This document shows positions 1 to 9,099 of a stretch of DNA of 64,000 bases, piece after piece. The position numbers and the translations under genes were made by a program. Below the pieces are notes generated by a model. It had not been told where the DNA came from. It made no database searches and saw only the letters and a program-made list of their open reading frames with translations. The stretch is from NCBI GenBank assembly GCA_963701085.1, contig OY969561.1, positions 1,120,001-1,184,000 of the forward strand, written 5' to 3'. Source of the DNA: an uncultured bacterium. Lineage in GTDB: Bacteria > Babelota > Babeliae > Babelales > Vermiphilaceae. How positions within the stretch are numbered: the stretch's first letter is position 1; every line of letters starts with the position of its first letter.

Positions 1-1237
1 CCGGATCAACTAAGCCGGTGGGACGAATAATCTGTTCAACAAACTGATCAGAATGTTGGAGCTCATAATCACCTGGTGTTGCAGAAACAAAAATAACGTC
101 ATTAAAATAGTCTTCGATCTCTTTAAATTGAAGAGGACGGTTTTCTCTGGCGCTCGGGAGTCTGAATCCAAAATCAACAAGTGATGTTTTGCGTGCGCGG
201 TCTCCGGCATACATGCCGCGCAGTTGTGGTATTGCCATATGGGATTCATCAATGACGAGTAAAAAATCATCAGGAAAGAAATCAAACAGTGAATAAGGAT
301 GACCATTGCTTCTGCGGCCATCAAAATGTGCTGAATAGTTTTCAATACCGCTGCAGTACCCGGTCTGCTCAATCATTTCAAGATCATGTGATACACGTTG
401 TCTGATGCGTTCACGGTAAATTGGGTTTGCGACTTGCGGTAACCATTCATCAAGTTCTGTTTGGATGCTGTGTAATGCTGCATCTTTCATCTCTTGGGTG
501 GTTACAAAGTGACTTGCAGGGAATATAACGGTGTTATCAAGCTCTCGCATAACGGTGTTATTGTGTTTGCTCACCCATGATAAACTTTCAATTTCATCAC
601 CAAAGAGCTCAATGCGTAAGATATCTTTTTGATAGGGTAAATTAACATTAATAGTATTGCCGAATACAGAGAATCTACCTGAAGCAGGTTCAATATCATT
701 ACGTATGTATTGAATAAAAATAAGTTGGCGCAACAGTTCTGCACGGGTTATTTTTTGTCCCACTGATAGCGACAGTGCAAGTTCACGATAATCGTTTGGG
801 TTACCAAAAGAATAGATACAGGAAACTGATGCAATAACAATCGTATCATTCCGATTAATGAGCGAAGCGGTTGATTCTACACGTAAACGTTCAATTTCAC
901 TATTAACTTTTGTTTCTTTGGGGATATAAATATCCTGTGCTGGCATATATGATTCCGGTTGATAATAATCATAGTAGCTAACAAAGTAACAGACTTTATT
1001 TTCAGGGAAAAATTGTGAAAACTCTTCATACAGCTGTGCGGCCAATGTTTTATTAGGAGCCAAAATGAGGACAGGCTTGTTTTGCTTGGCAATAACATGT
1101 GCTATTGTATACGTTTTACCTGATCCAGTTACACCAAGAAGTGTTGATTTGCCGGGTCTATTTTCGCAGAGTTGCTTAATGGCCTCTGGCTGGCTGCCCG
1201 CTGGCGGGAATGGTGTATGGAGTTTGAATAAAGACAT
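1..1237 (-). CDS. uvrB: Excinuclease ABC subunit B, 5' part (runs off window start)
   Basis: Manual translation from ATG 1237 (absent from ORF track, no stop in window): PAGSQPEAI, LLGVTGSGKT, PNKTLAAQLY, FVSYYDYYQPE, IDESH, FVSATPG, EQIIRPTGLVDP. Confidence 0.96.
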   Translation of the reverse strand, partial: MSLFKLHTPFPPAGSQPEAIKQLCENRPGKSTLLGVTGSGKTYTIAHVIAKQNKPVLILAPNKTLAAQLYEEFSQFFPENKVCYFVSYYDYYQPESYMPAQDIYIPKETKVNSEIERLRVESTASLINRNDTIVIASVSCIYSFGNPNDYRELALSLSVGQKITRAELLRQLIFIQYIRNDIEPASGRFSVFGNTINVNLPYQKDILRIELFGDEIESLSWVSKHNNTVMRELDNTVIFPASHFVTTQEMKDAALHSIQTELDEWLPQVANPIYRERIRQRVSHDLEMIEQTGYCSGIENYSAHFDGRRSNGHPYSLFDFFPDDFLLVIDESHMAIPQLRGMYAGDRARKTSLVDFGFRLPSARENRPLQFKEIEDYFNDVIFVSATPGDYELQHSDQFVEQIIRPTGLVDP

Positions 1238-1257
1238 AACAGATCCATTTTTTTAGG

Positions 1258-2439
1258 CTATTGCTTAATCAACTTTTGCTTTTTGAGAGACGTTTTTTTT
1301 GTTGTAGCTTTTTGTTTAATTTCTTCATTTTTACGTTTTAATGCTTCAGGAAGTGTAATAGTCTCTTTTTTAACTTTTTCAAAATCTTCTTTTGCATCAG
1401 CTATAACTTGTTCGTTATTGGGAACATAGAGCTGATAATTTCTTTGGGTGTCGCCTTGTTCAGTTATATTTGCAGTAGAACTGATATAGGTTTTTTTGCC
1501 TTCACTTTCAATAACTATATCTTTACCATGCTGCTTTGCGCGTGAACCTAATTGTGGTTTGAAGATATTTACTGAAACCTTAGAATCATGCAGTTGTTGT
1601 AATAGTGGAATACTGGGAGCAGTTAAAGCGCTATAATCAACAATAACTTCAGCGTTTGGTCCTAATTTACTGAGGGAATTGACTACGTCCTTATTAGTGA
1701 GGGTCATAGTTCGTAATTTTACGGTACCCTGGTTTTGAGCAGCATTATCAAATCGTCGAGCAAGAGATTTATTAAGATTAGTATCTTTTGAACTGTATAT
1801 GCTGATTTTGGTTGGTGTGTTTAGAAGCGTAGTTTTTTGTGTTTCTGGCTTCATTGGAGATTGATTTTTTATCATTTTGTATGCTGGCGTGATAATATCC
1901 ATATCTCCTTCTATTTTCATGCCAGATTCAAAATTGAACCGTTGACCAGCTTTGCCTGGCTTATGTTGCCAGGTGCTATTAGTTGCGTTAGCTGATCCGA
2001 ATAACAGTATACCTGTCTTTGGAGTTTGTTTTGATGGACTTGTATCAACGCCAACAAGTATCTTCCCATGTATATTGGGGTCTCGTTTGGTGGTTGTTGT
2101 TTGATATTTGTCCATAGGGTTTTGTGCATGAGAACCAACCGTAAGATAAACATTTGCACCTCTATTAACGGCTGCATTCATGCTTTCAATGGATTTATCT
2201 TGGCTTAATACATACTTTTCCATAGCATAATTTTGTAGATTTTCATTTTGATAAGCTTTGTTAATAAGGTACGGATAATTGTCCTTAAAATTACTTGTAA
2301 AGCGAATGCTTTTTTCTGGTGATTTGGGCGTGCTGATAGATCTATTGAGGGGCTGTAAAGCCTTTGAGGGATCCATTCCCCATAATGGAACCATAAGAAT
2401 AAGAGAAAAAAGAGTGATAAATAGCTGTTTTTTTATCAT
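1258..2439 (-). CDS. Secreted phospholipase D-superfamily protein (two HKD-like halves)
   Basis: Signal peptide from ATG 2439; HGKILVGVD...GSAN and HGKDIVIE...STAN motifs; basic C-terminus. Confidence 0.65.
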   Translation of the reverse strand: MIKKQLFITLFSLILMVPLWGMDPSKALQPLNRSISTPKSPEKSIRFTSNFKDNYPYLINKAYQNENLQNYAMEKYVLSQDKSIESMNAAVNRGANVYLTVGSHAQNPMDKYQTTTTKRDPNIHGKILVGVDTSPSKQTPKTGILLFGSANATNSTWQHKPGKAGQRFNFESGMKIEGDMDIITPAYKMIKNQSPMKPETQKTTLLNTPTKISIYSSKDTNLNKSLARRFDNAAQNQGTVKLRTMTLTNKDVVNSLSKLGPNAEVIVDYSALTAPSIPLLQQLHDSKVSVNIFKPQLGSRAKQHGKDIVIESEGKKTYISSTANITEQGDTQRNYQLYVPNNEQVIADAKEDFEKVKKETITLPEALKRKNEEIKQKATTKKTSLKKQKLIKQ

Positions 2440-2547
2440 TATTGCTCCATTTAAGGTAAAAAACCTCATTATTTAGCTATTTTTAATATAGCTTTAATGT
2501 TTCTAATTGTCAAGTATATGATGATTTATTCGGTGTGAATGGGCCTA

Positions 2548-2581
2548 AAAAAACCCCTTGCTAATCAAAGCAGGGGGTTTG
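2548..2581 (-). terminator. Intrinsic terminator-like hairpin
   Basis: aaaccccttgct-aatcaa-agcagggggttt with A/T tracts, downstream of the 2610..3791 gene. Confidence 0.55.
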
Positions 2582-2609
2582 TATTATGTGCGCAAATTAT
2601 GTGAGTTTT

Positions 2610-3791
2610 TTATCGGGTAAAACGGCTTGGTATAAGGTTGTTGCACTGTGCTCCAATACCACCAAGCAGCTTTGCAAAGACAGCGGGCAATTTATCGTAT
2701 TTATACGCAAGAATTATGCAGACCGTTAAGAAAGTGACTCCAATGGCAGTTTTGACAGAATACATAGAATCTCTGCGTATTTGAGGGGTAAATTTCTTAG
2801 AAGTAGTTGATTTTGGTCTGGTAACATCTTTTTGTTCTGGCAATTTGATGGCAAATTTAAAAACGTTATCTTCCTTGATTAGAGCGTATGTTGGGGTTTT
2901 TGAAGTTGTTGTATAGTCTATATCAATGGCGAGAGTATTATCGTTGGCATCTTTATAGGTAATTTCACAGTTCATATTTTCACGATTTATTCGAGTGATG
3001 TTGCCTTGATAGACCGTGATGCTGTTTGTCATGTTGTCGAAGTTACCCGTCAAAACACCTGATAATTTTGGCTTTTTTTGTTCTGTGTCAGATGAAGTTT
3101 TTTCACTTCCTAAGTCAATAACATACCTTTGCAGCCCGCCCTGTGTAGTTTCTAGAATGGTGATATGGGTTTCTTTATTATATTCTGCGTTTGCTGTGAA
3201 TAGTATGGTTTTTAGGTTATATTCTGTGTCTCTATAGGTAAGCTCATCGAGGCCATCGATGGTTTGTTTGCTATTAACATAGGTAAAACATGGAATGCTT
3301 CGATCTGGAGTGTTGGTAAAACATGCAGTGATTTGAAACTGTGCAGCGATTGTATCTCTTGGGCTACGGCTTGGGCTGGTTAGTGAAGAGCTTGGTGGGG
3401 TTGGCTTTTGCCAGTCAAGGTCGCTTATTGCAGTGATTTCCTGCAATTCAGCAAAGGCGCGTGGAGATAATTTTGGACTAGCTTGTGCAGCAAGGGTGCG
3501 TGGAGATAGTTTTGGACTGCCAGATTCTGTTAAATTAAGCGGCGGAATTATTGATACAGCGCGTGGAGAGCTATTTGGTGTTGTTTGTAAAGACAAGCTC
3601 AACGTTGTATCTGAAGAATTGTTTGAGTTATTGCGTGGAGAAAGTTGTTGTGAGTTTTGTTGTTTTAGTCTTTCACTGAGTGCTAGCACAGCCGCTGAAT
3701 TGTCCTCTCCTGAAGTATCCATGGCTACACTTGTATTTGCAGCAATGAAGAGTCCACAGAGAGCAATGCGAATCGTTATTTTAACTTTCAT
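2610..3791 (-). CDS. Hypothetical secreted, membrane-anchored protein with SPR/SPK-rich N-terminal region
   Basis: Signal peptide, repeated SPR/SPKLSPR, C-terminal hydrophobic segment. Confidence 0.75.
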   Translation of the reverse strand: MKVKITIRIALCGLFIAANTSVAMDTSGEDNSAAVLALSERLKQQNSQQLSPRNNSNNSSDTTLSLSLQTTPNSSPRAVSIIPPLNLTESGSPKLSPRTLAAQASPKLSPRAFAELQEITAISDLDWQKPTPPSSSLTSPSRSPRDTIAAQFQITACFTNTPDRSIPCFTYVNSKQTIDGLDELTYRDTEYNLKTILFTANAEYNKETHITILETTQGGLQRYVIDLGSEKTSSDTEQKKPKLSGVLTGNFDNMTNSITVYQGNITRINRENMNCEITYKDANDNTLAIDIDYTTTSKTPTYALIKEDNVFKFAIKLPEQKDVTRPKSTTSKKFTPQIRRDSMYSVKTAIGVTFLTVCIILAYKYDKLPAVFAKLLGGIGAQCNNLIPSRFTR

Positions 3792-3865
3792 AAAAAAATC
3801 CTCTTCTTTTGATAATTGATGTGATTAAAAACTTGCCTCAAGTCTAATAATTTGGGTTTGATTTA

Positions 3866-5002
3866 TCAAGTTCTGATCGCATGATAAAAATTGAGCAGCT
3901 GTTTGATGATGGAATCAGTATGATAATGTTGTGCCGTTGCGCGTGCACCAGCTGAAAGTTTTTTGTGTAATTCTGCGTTGTTTGCAATGTTTATAATGGT
4001 TGTCGCTGCTTGATTTGCATTTTCAATAATAAAGCCATTTATGCCATTATTAATAATGTCGCGCTGTCCTGGCCCGTCTAACGCAATAACTGGCAACCCT
4101 TGTGACATAGCCTCAGCAAGAACAAGTCCTTGTGTATCTGTTTGTGATGAAAAAATAAAGAGATCTGCATTGTGATAAAGCTTTATTAAATTATCCGGAT
4201 CGGGTTTGTGGATAAAGCGTACACGTTCAGGCGATAACTGTAATGTATCAAACGCTCGTTTTTGCGTTTTTTCGTAATCAGTTCCATAGCCAACAAGCGT
4301 GAGCGTGAATATGTTTGGTAGTTGTTTAAAAACATCAAAAACAAAGGGAATGTTTTTTTCTGGTACAAATCTGCTCACAACGAGTAACTCAAAATGTTTT
4401 TTGTTGGGTATGTTTTTGGTTTCAGCCGTGGATGTAAAGAAGAATGAACGCAATGGGCTTGGAATGATTTTTATTGGAACAGTTATTTTTTGTGCGAGTA
4501 AATAGTCTCTGATTGCGCTGCTTGGCACAATAATGCCATCGACAGCATTGCAAAAACGGCGTACAGTTGATCGGATCAGGGGTTTTGTGAAGAAATTGGG
4601 CAGTGGTATATAATGCGCATATTGTTCATACATGGTGTGATACGTAAAAACACACGGAATTTTCAGTGTGCGTGCCGCGCGCAGCGCACTTACACCCAAT
4701 AAAAAGGGATGATGCACGTGCACAATATCGGGTTTATATTGTTTGAGCAGTTGTGTAATTGCATGTGTTGGTCGCCATGGAATTGCCATGTAATTTTTTT
4801 TGTACATAAATTTGATGGGGCATGCAATGCGAATAACATAATCGGGATCGGCTATTGCTTCTTCCTTTTTGTCTAAAAAATCGAGGGTGATAATAAAAAC
4901 TTGATGGCCTTGCATTCTCAAGGCATCTGTTATTGCATTGATTGAACTGGTGAGACCACCGGAGTAGGGTGTATAATTGTTGGTTACAAACGCGATACGC
5001 AT
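3866..5002 (-). CDS. Glycosyltransferase family 4
   Basis: MRIAFVTNNYTPYSGG, VHVHHPF, FTYHT, DTQGLVLAEAM (GT-B EX7E-type motif). Confidence 0.92.
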   Translation of the reverse strand: MRIAFVTNNYTPYSGGLTSSINAITDALRMQGHQVFIITLDFLDKKEEAIADPDYVIRIACPIKFMYKKNYMAIPWRPTHAITQLLKQYKPDIVHVHHPFLLGVSALRAARTLKIPCVFTYHTMYEQYAHYIPLPNFFTKPLIRSTVRRFCNAVDGIIVPSSAIRDYLLAQKITVPIKIIPSPLRSFFFTSTAETKNIPNKKHFELLVVSRFVPEKNIPFVFDVFKQLPNIFTLTLVGYGTDYEKTQKRAFDTLQLSPERVRFIHKPDPDNLIKLYHNADLFIFSSQTDTQGLVLAEAMSQGLPVIALDGPGQRDIINNGINGFIIENANQAATTIINIANNAELHKKLSAGARATAQHYHTDSIIKQLLNFYHAIRT

Positions 5003-5009
5003 GATTTAT

Positions 5010-5669
5010 TTAGGGAAATTGCGAGAAGTTAAGTTTTTTCCAGTCAGTTAAAAATTGTGCCATTCCTTTATCAGTCAATGGATGTGCGAGTGAATTTTCA
5101 AATACGGTAACCGGTACCGTTGCAATATCAGCGCCAGCCATAATGACCTGTTCAAAATGAGATGTGTCTCTAATTGATGCCGCAAGCAGTTCTGTTTTAA
5201 AATCGTACCAATCAAGCATGTGTCGTAATTGTTGTACTAATTCAATACCATTGTTCCCACTATCATCTAACCTACCAATAAAAGGAGAGATGTAGTGTGC
5301 GCCTAGTTTTGCCATCATCAATCCCTGAACAAGAGAAAATAGTAAGGTAATATTAACAGTGATTCCTTCATCAATAAGTTTTTTTATGACCACATAGTAT
5401 TCTGCATGGCAGGGAATTTTTACCGCAATATTATCACACAATTCAGAAATTTTATGTGCTTGGCGATAGATTTTTTCTGGATCTGTTTCTACAATTTCTA
5501 CGCTGATAACGCCGGATGGTAAAACATCACAAATGGCAAGAATCTGATCAACGGGATTCTTGCCTTCTTTACTTAAATGGGTAGGGTTTGTTGTTACCCC
5601 ATCGATGAGTCCGGTGTGAGCCCATTTTTGTATGAGCTCTGTATTTGCAGTGTCTAAAAATATCTTCAT
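5010..5669 (-). CDS. tal: Transaldolase / fructose-6-phosphate aldolase family (short type)
   Basis: MKIFLDTA, GVTTNPT, VKIP, NITLLFS, YISPFIGRLDD, LAASIR. Confidence 0.9.
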   Translation of the reverse strand: MKIFLDTANTELIQKWAHTGLIDGVTTNPTHLSKEGKNPVDQILAICDVLPSGVISVEIVETDPEKIYRQAHKISELCDNIAVKIPCHAEYYVVIKKLIDEGITVNITLLFSLVQGLMMAKLGAHYISPFIGRLDDSGNNGIELVQQLRHMLDWYDFKTELLAASIRDTSHFEQVIMAGADIATVPVTVFENSLAHPLTDKGMAQFLTDWKKLNFSQFP

Positions 5670-5701
5670 ACAAAAAAGACTACTATTCTCTTTTCAAATT
5701 T

Positions 5702-6088
5702 TCAAGAAAAATAACATGCAAGGGCGAGCGCTATGTTAACTACATATAAAGAGGTGCAGATTGGGCAGAGTGTTCGTATTTTAAAATACAAAATATAGGC
5801 AAATACAACTGATACTGCCACGCCAGCCAATGTGAGTATAAGAGTAAAGGTATGCATGTGCATGGTTGTTAGCGCAATTACTGCACAATAATATAAGGCT
5901 GATGCCCAGATATTTGAGATGCCAAGCATTTTTCCATATGGGCTTTGGAAGGCGCGTGAGCATGAAATTTTATCAGAAATATCACATGCAGGTTTAAATT
6001 GCGCATCTTGTTTGAGTTTGCGTTCTACGATTATACCGTACGCTGAAATTGCAAGGCCAATGAGTGCAAGAATAATAATGATCATCAT
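5702..6088 (-). CDS. Vitamin K epoxide reductase (VKOR) family protein
   Basis: CDISDKISC and CPIC motifs, TM helices; likely start ATG 6088 with AGGAG RBS. Confidence 0.88.
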   Translation of the reverse strand: MMIIIILALIGLAISAYGIIVERKLKQDAQFKPACDISDKISCSRAFQSPYGKMLGISNIWASALYYCAVIALTTMHMHTFTLILTLAGVAVSVVFAYILYFKIRTLCPICTSLYVVNIALALACYFS

Positions 6089-6170
6089 GAGAGGTCTCCT
6101 TTTATAGTGCTGCGCACTATGGTTTTTGTGAATTAAAACATTATCCTTTTTATTATCAAGATTCTCTTCC

Positions 6171-6303
6171 CCCGCTCGCCCTGAGTGCCCCGTAGGGGTG
6201 TATCGAAGGGTGCGACAATACGAAGACCTTAAATTTAAAAAATTCTTTTTATATTGCACCCTTCGATACTTTTTTGCTTGCAAAAAAACTCAGGGCGAGC
6301 GGG
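6171..6303. repeat. Inverted pair of family-A palindromic repeats
   Basis: cccgctcgccctgag...tatcgaagggtgc and gcacccttcgatac...ctcagggcgagcggg. Confidence 0.85.
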
Positions 6304-6364
6304 ACGGGGAATTGAGTTCAGAGAGCTGAATTGCATTTCAAAGAAAAAATATGATAATCGATAA

Positions 6365-7282
6365 CTATTGTGAGCGTAAAGATATTTTATCAAGTTTCGC
6401 TCGCGCTTTCTTAAGTGATACTGCATGGTGTTGTATTCCTTGCCACACATCGCCAACTTTTTTTATACGCTGTTCAACATTGTTAATGCTATATTTTTGT
6501 GAATTCATGTTCTTAGCCAACAGTTCTTCCCAGGTAACTGGCATTGCAACCGGAGCACCTTCGTGTGCACGCACGGCATAGGGAGGGATGACAGTTGCAC
6601 CAAATCCATTGCGCAACCAATCAATAAAAATACGTTTGCCACGGTGAGCTTTATGCATAGTGACCGTAACCATATCAGGAAATTGTGCAGCGAGTAGCTT
6701 TGCAATATCATGAGCAAAGGTACGTACTTCTTCAAAGGTGTGTAGTCGTTTAAGGGGAACAACAATATGAGCACCGCGCGATCCAGTGAGCATACAAAAT
6801 GTTGGCAATTCGCATTCATCGAGTATTTTTTTCAGTTCTACCGCAGCACGTTGCACATCACCAAATGAATGTGCATCTGCAGGATCAAGATCAAAAATAA
6901 GTCTGTCAGGTTTTTCAAGATTATCGGTGCGGCTAAGCCATACGTGAGGCGTTATGCATGCTTGATTGGCGAGATAGAGTAATGTTGCAGGTTTATCAAT
7001 GACTACATAGTGCACCAATCCCTCAGTTTGTCGTGGTATTGCAACACGCGTTATCCAATCTGGAAAATAATCACCGGCATCTTTTTGGAAGAAACCTTCG
7101 TGGTTAATTCCATTGGGAAAGCGTTGCATGGAGATAGGACGATTATCGCAATAGGGGAGCATGATAGGGGCGATCATGTGATAGTAATTGATTAAATCAC
7201 CTTTTGTAATATCAGATTTGCCGAATAAAACTTTGTCGGCATTGCTTATTTCAACGGTGTAGCGCCCACTTTTAATCTTCAT
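6365..7282 (-). CDS. ligD: LigD polymerase (AEP) domain, stand-alone
   Basis: SNADKVLF, TKGDLINYY, RFPNGI, FFQK, PDRLIFDLDP, TGSRGAH, IFIDWLRN, PYAVRA. Confidence 0.92.
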   Translation of the reverse strand: MKIKSGRYTVEISNADKVLFGKSDITKGDLINYYHMIAPIMLPYCDNRPISMQRFPNGINHEGFFQKDAGDYFPDWITRVAIPRQTEGLVHYVVIDKPATLLYLANQACITPHVWLSRTDNLEKPDRLIFDLDPADAHSFGDVQRAAVELKKILDECELPTFCMLTGSRGAHIVVPLKRLHTFEEVRTFAHDIAKLLAAQFPDMVTVTMHKAHRGKRIFIDWLRNGFGATVIPPYAVRAHEGAPVAMPVTWEELLAKNMNSQKYSINNVEQRIKKVGDVWQGIQHHAVSLKKARAKLDKISLRSQ

Positions 7283-7938
7283 TTTTTTGTTTTTTTTTTG
7301 GATTCTATTTCTTCTATTGTTTTTCCTGAAATGGCTGATTCCGGTTGTGAGTTGACGGGGTTGCGACGTGCATCAGCATATTCATCCCGCATTTTGATCA
7401 AAAGCCATTTTTTCATATCATCGCCACTTGTGCGGATAAGTGCGTAGCCGCCCTGCAATTTTTTACCGTGTAGATTCACCTCTATTTGTCCGTTTTTATA
7501 TGATTGTGCAAGCGGAACAATTGTGCCATTTTGTTCTTTGATATTTTCAAATGTTCCGGTGTCCCACACAATAACCGATCCTGCACCATATTCACCTTCA
7601 GGAATAATGCCTTCAAAAGTTGCATAATCCATAGGGTGATCTTCTGTTTCAATGGCTAAGCGTTTTTCGTGAGGGTCTGTTGAAGGACCTTTAGGAATGG
7701 CCCATGATTTGAGTACACCATCAATTTCTAATCTAAAATCATAGTGCAGATGACTCGCGTTATGTTTTTGTATGACAAAAATTGGTTTATTTTTTGGAGC
7801 TGTCATGGAATTTCCTTGTGGTTCGGGAGAGACAGAAAAGTTGCGTTTCTTTTTATAGATCAACAATGCATCATACGGTATAAGCATGAACCCCAAACCA
7901 ATAAGAAGTGCCGTGACTGCAATTGCTTTTTTAATCAT
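7279..7938 (-). CDS. LigD 3'-phosphoesterase domain, stand-alone
   Basis: FVIQKHNASHLHYDFRLE, SWAIPKGPS, KRLAIETEDHP, YGAGSVIVWDTG; ATGA overlap with the Pol gene. Confidence 0.92.
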   Translation of the reverse strand: MIKKAIAVTALLIGLGFMLIPYDALLIYKKKRNFSVSPEPQGNSMTAPKNKPIFVIQKHNASHLHYDFRLEIDGVLKSWAIPKGPSTDPHEKRLAIETEDHPMDYATFEGIIPEGEYGAGSVIVWDTGTFENIKEQNGTIVPLAQSYKNGQIEVNLHGKKLQGGYALIRTSGDDMKKWLLIKMRDEYADARRNPVNSQPESAISGKTIEEIESKKKTKK

Positions 7939-8040
7939 GCCCTACTCCGCTAAAGCTTTGCAAGGATATGTACCCCACAAAGTGTTTTGTGATTTTTCTT
8001 GAGTATGGGCAAATGTGCAGCGTAATTCAAGGGATTATGT

Positions 8041-8826
8041 TTATTCTCTGCTGGTAGGTGTAGTTTTTTTTTCATCGAGAATGCTTCTTATAGTCTGAGG
8101 AACAATTATTTTATATAACATTTCATATGTTTTTATTTTTTTCTCATGTAATGCTTCACGTTTTTTTTCTTGTTGCAGTAATTTAACGAACTTTTTACCA
8201 GATTGTGTTTGATAGATATCGGTGAAGTTTTGTTGAAGAAGGGAGATTAGTTCTCGATCAAAACTTAGGCCTAGCAACGTTGGGAGGAAAAAGTTGGTAT
8301 CAATGTCTAGCCTCTTAAATAGTTTGATAATATTGTCTTTTGTCCATGCAGTGATTTTTTTTAGGATAGTTGTATCAACAGTAGCATTACCTTCTTGTTG
8401 CATCCAGAGTCCAAACACAAGTCTATTTAATTTGTGGAGTAGTTTTTCTTCAAAAACAAGCTTGGTTAAAAGGACGTTTACTTCTTCTTGTGAGTGTTGT
8501 TGTATAAACATACCAAGAGTTAGTATAGAGTTAGGGTCTTCATTTTTCATTTTCTCTACAACCGTAACAATTTCCTCAACACTTTCGCCTCTTGTTTTAC
8601 CGGGACCCCACACCAGCTCTTTAAATCGGTTATATGATTGTTTAATCCGAGCAGTCCAGGTGAGAGGTTGGTAGCTTTTTGTTTGATATATTGTTTTTGG
8701 TGTATAAGTAGGCAATCGTCGTAATTTCCCTGTGCGACGGACTGTTGTTGATGTCATTCCCCAAACATTACTCAGGCCGCTGAGGGCTGCAATGAATAAA
8801 AAGTGATAGAGTAAACTTTTTTTCAC
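8041..8826 (-). CDS. Hypothetical secreted protein
   Basis: 261-aa ORF, GTG start, signal peptide ending VWG-M. Confidence 0.7.
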   Translation of the reverse strand: MKKSLLYHFLFIAALSGLSNVWGMTSTTVRRTGKLRRLPTYTPKTIYQTKSYQPLTWTARIKQSYNRFKELVWGPGKTRGESVEEIVTVVEKMKNEDPNSILTLGMFIQQHSQEEVNVLLTKLVFEEKLLHKLNRLVFGLWMQQEGNATVDTTILKKITAWTKDNIIKLFKRLDIDTNFFLPTLLGLSFDRELISLLQQNFTDIYQTQSGKKFVKLLQQEKKREALHEKKIKTYEMLYKIIVPQTIRSILDEKKTTPTSRE

Positions 8827-9099
8827 GATTTTTCCTGGTTATGGGCATCTAAAAAACCTCAATATCCATTTTTGAGTATAGATTGTTGATTGTCTAATAT
8901 GCAATAATGAGCCTCTGTTTTTTTTAAATAACCGTGCTTTTTGACCAAAAGTTCTTATTAATTGGTTTGCTTTTTGACCAAAGATTGTTTTTTTAAAAAT
9001 CTGTCCATTCGAAAAATCTTATCTGATAGTATTATTGATAGCGATTTGACAGATCGCTATTTAAAAGTAAAATTGTCCAAGATATTTTCTAATGGGATG

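Noticed and set aside
10-1256. Short ORFs 10..372, 877..1098 and 1065..1256
   Set aside because: Shadow frames of uvrB; the same applies to the many short antisense ORFs over other long genes
6089-6283. Long N-terminal extension of VKOR
   Set aside because: Reads through intergenic repeats; a good RBS and ATG exist at 6088
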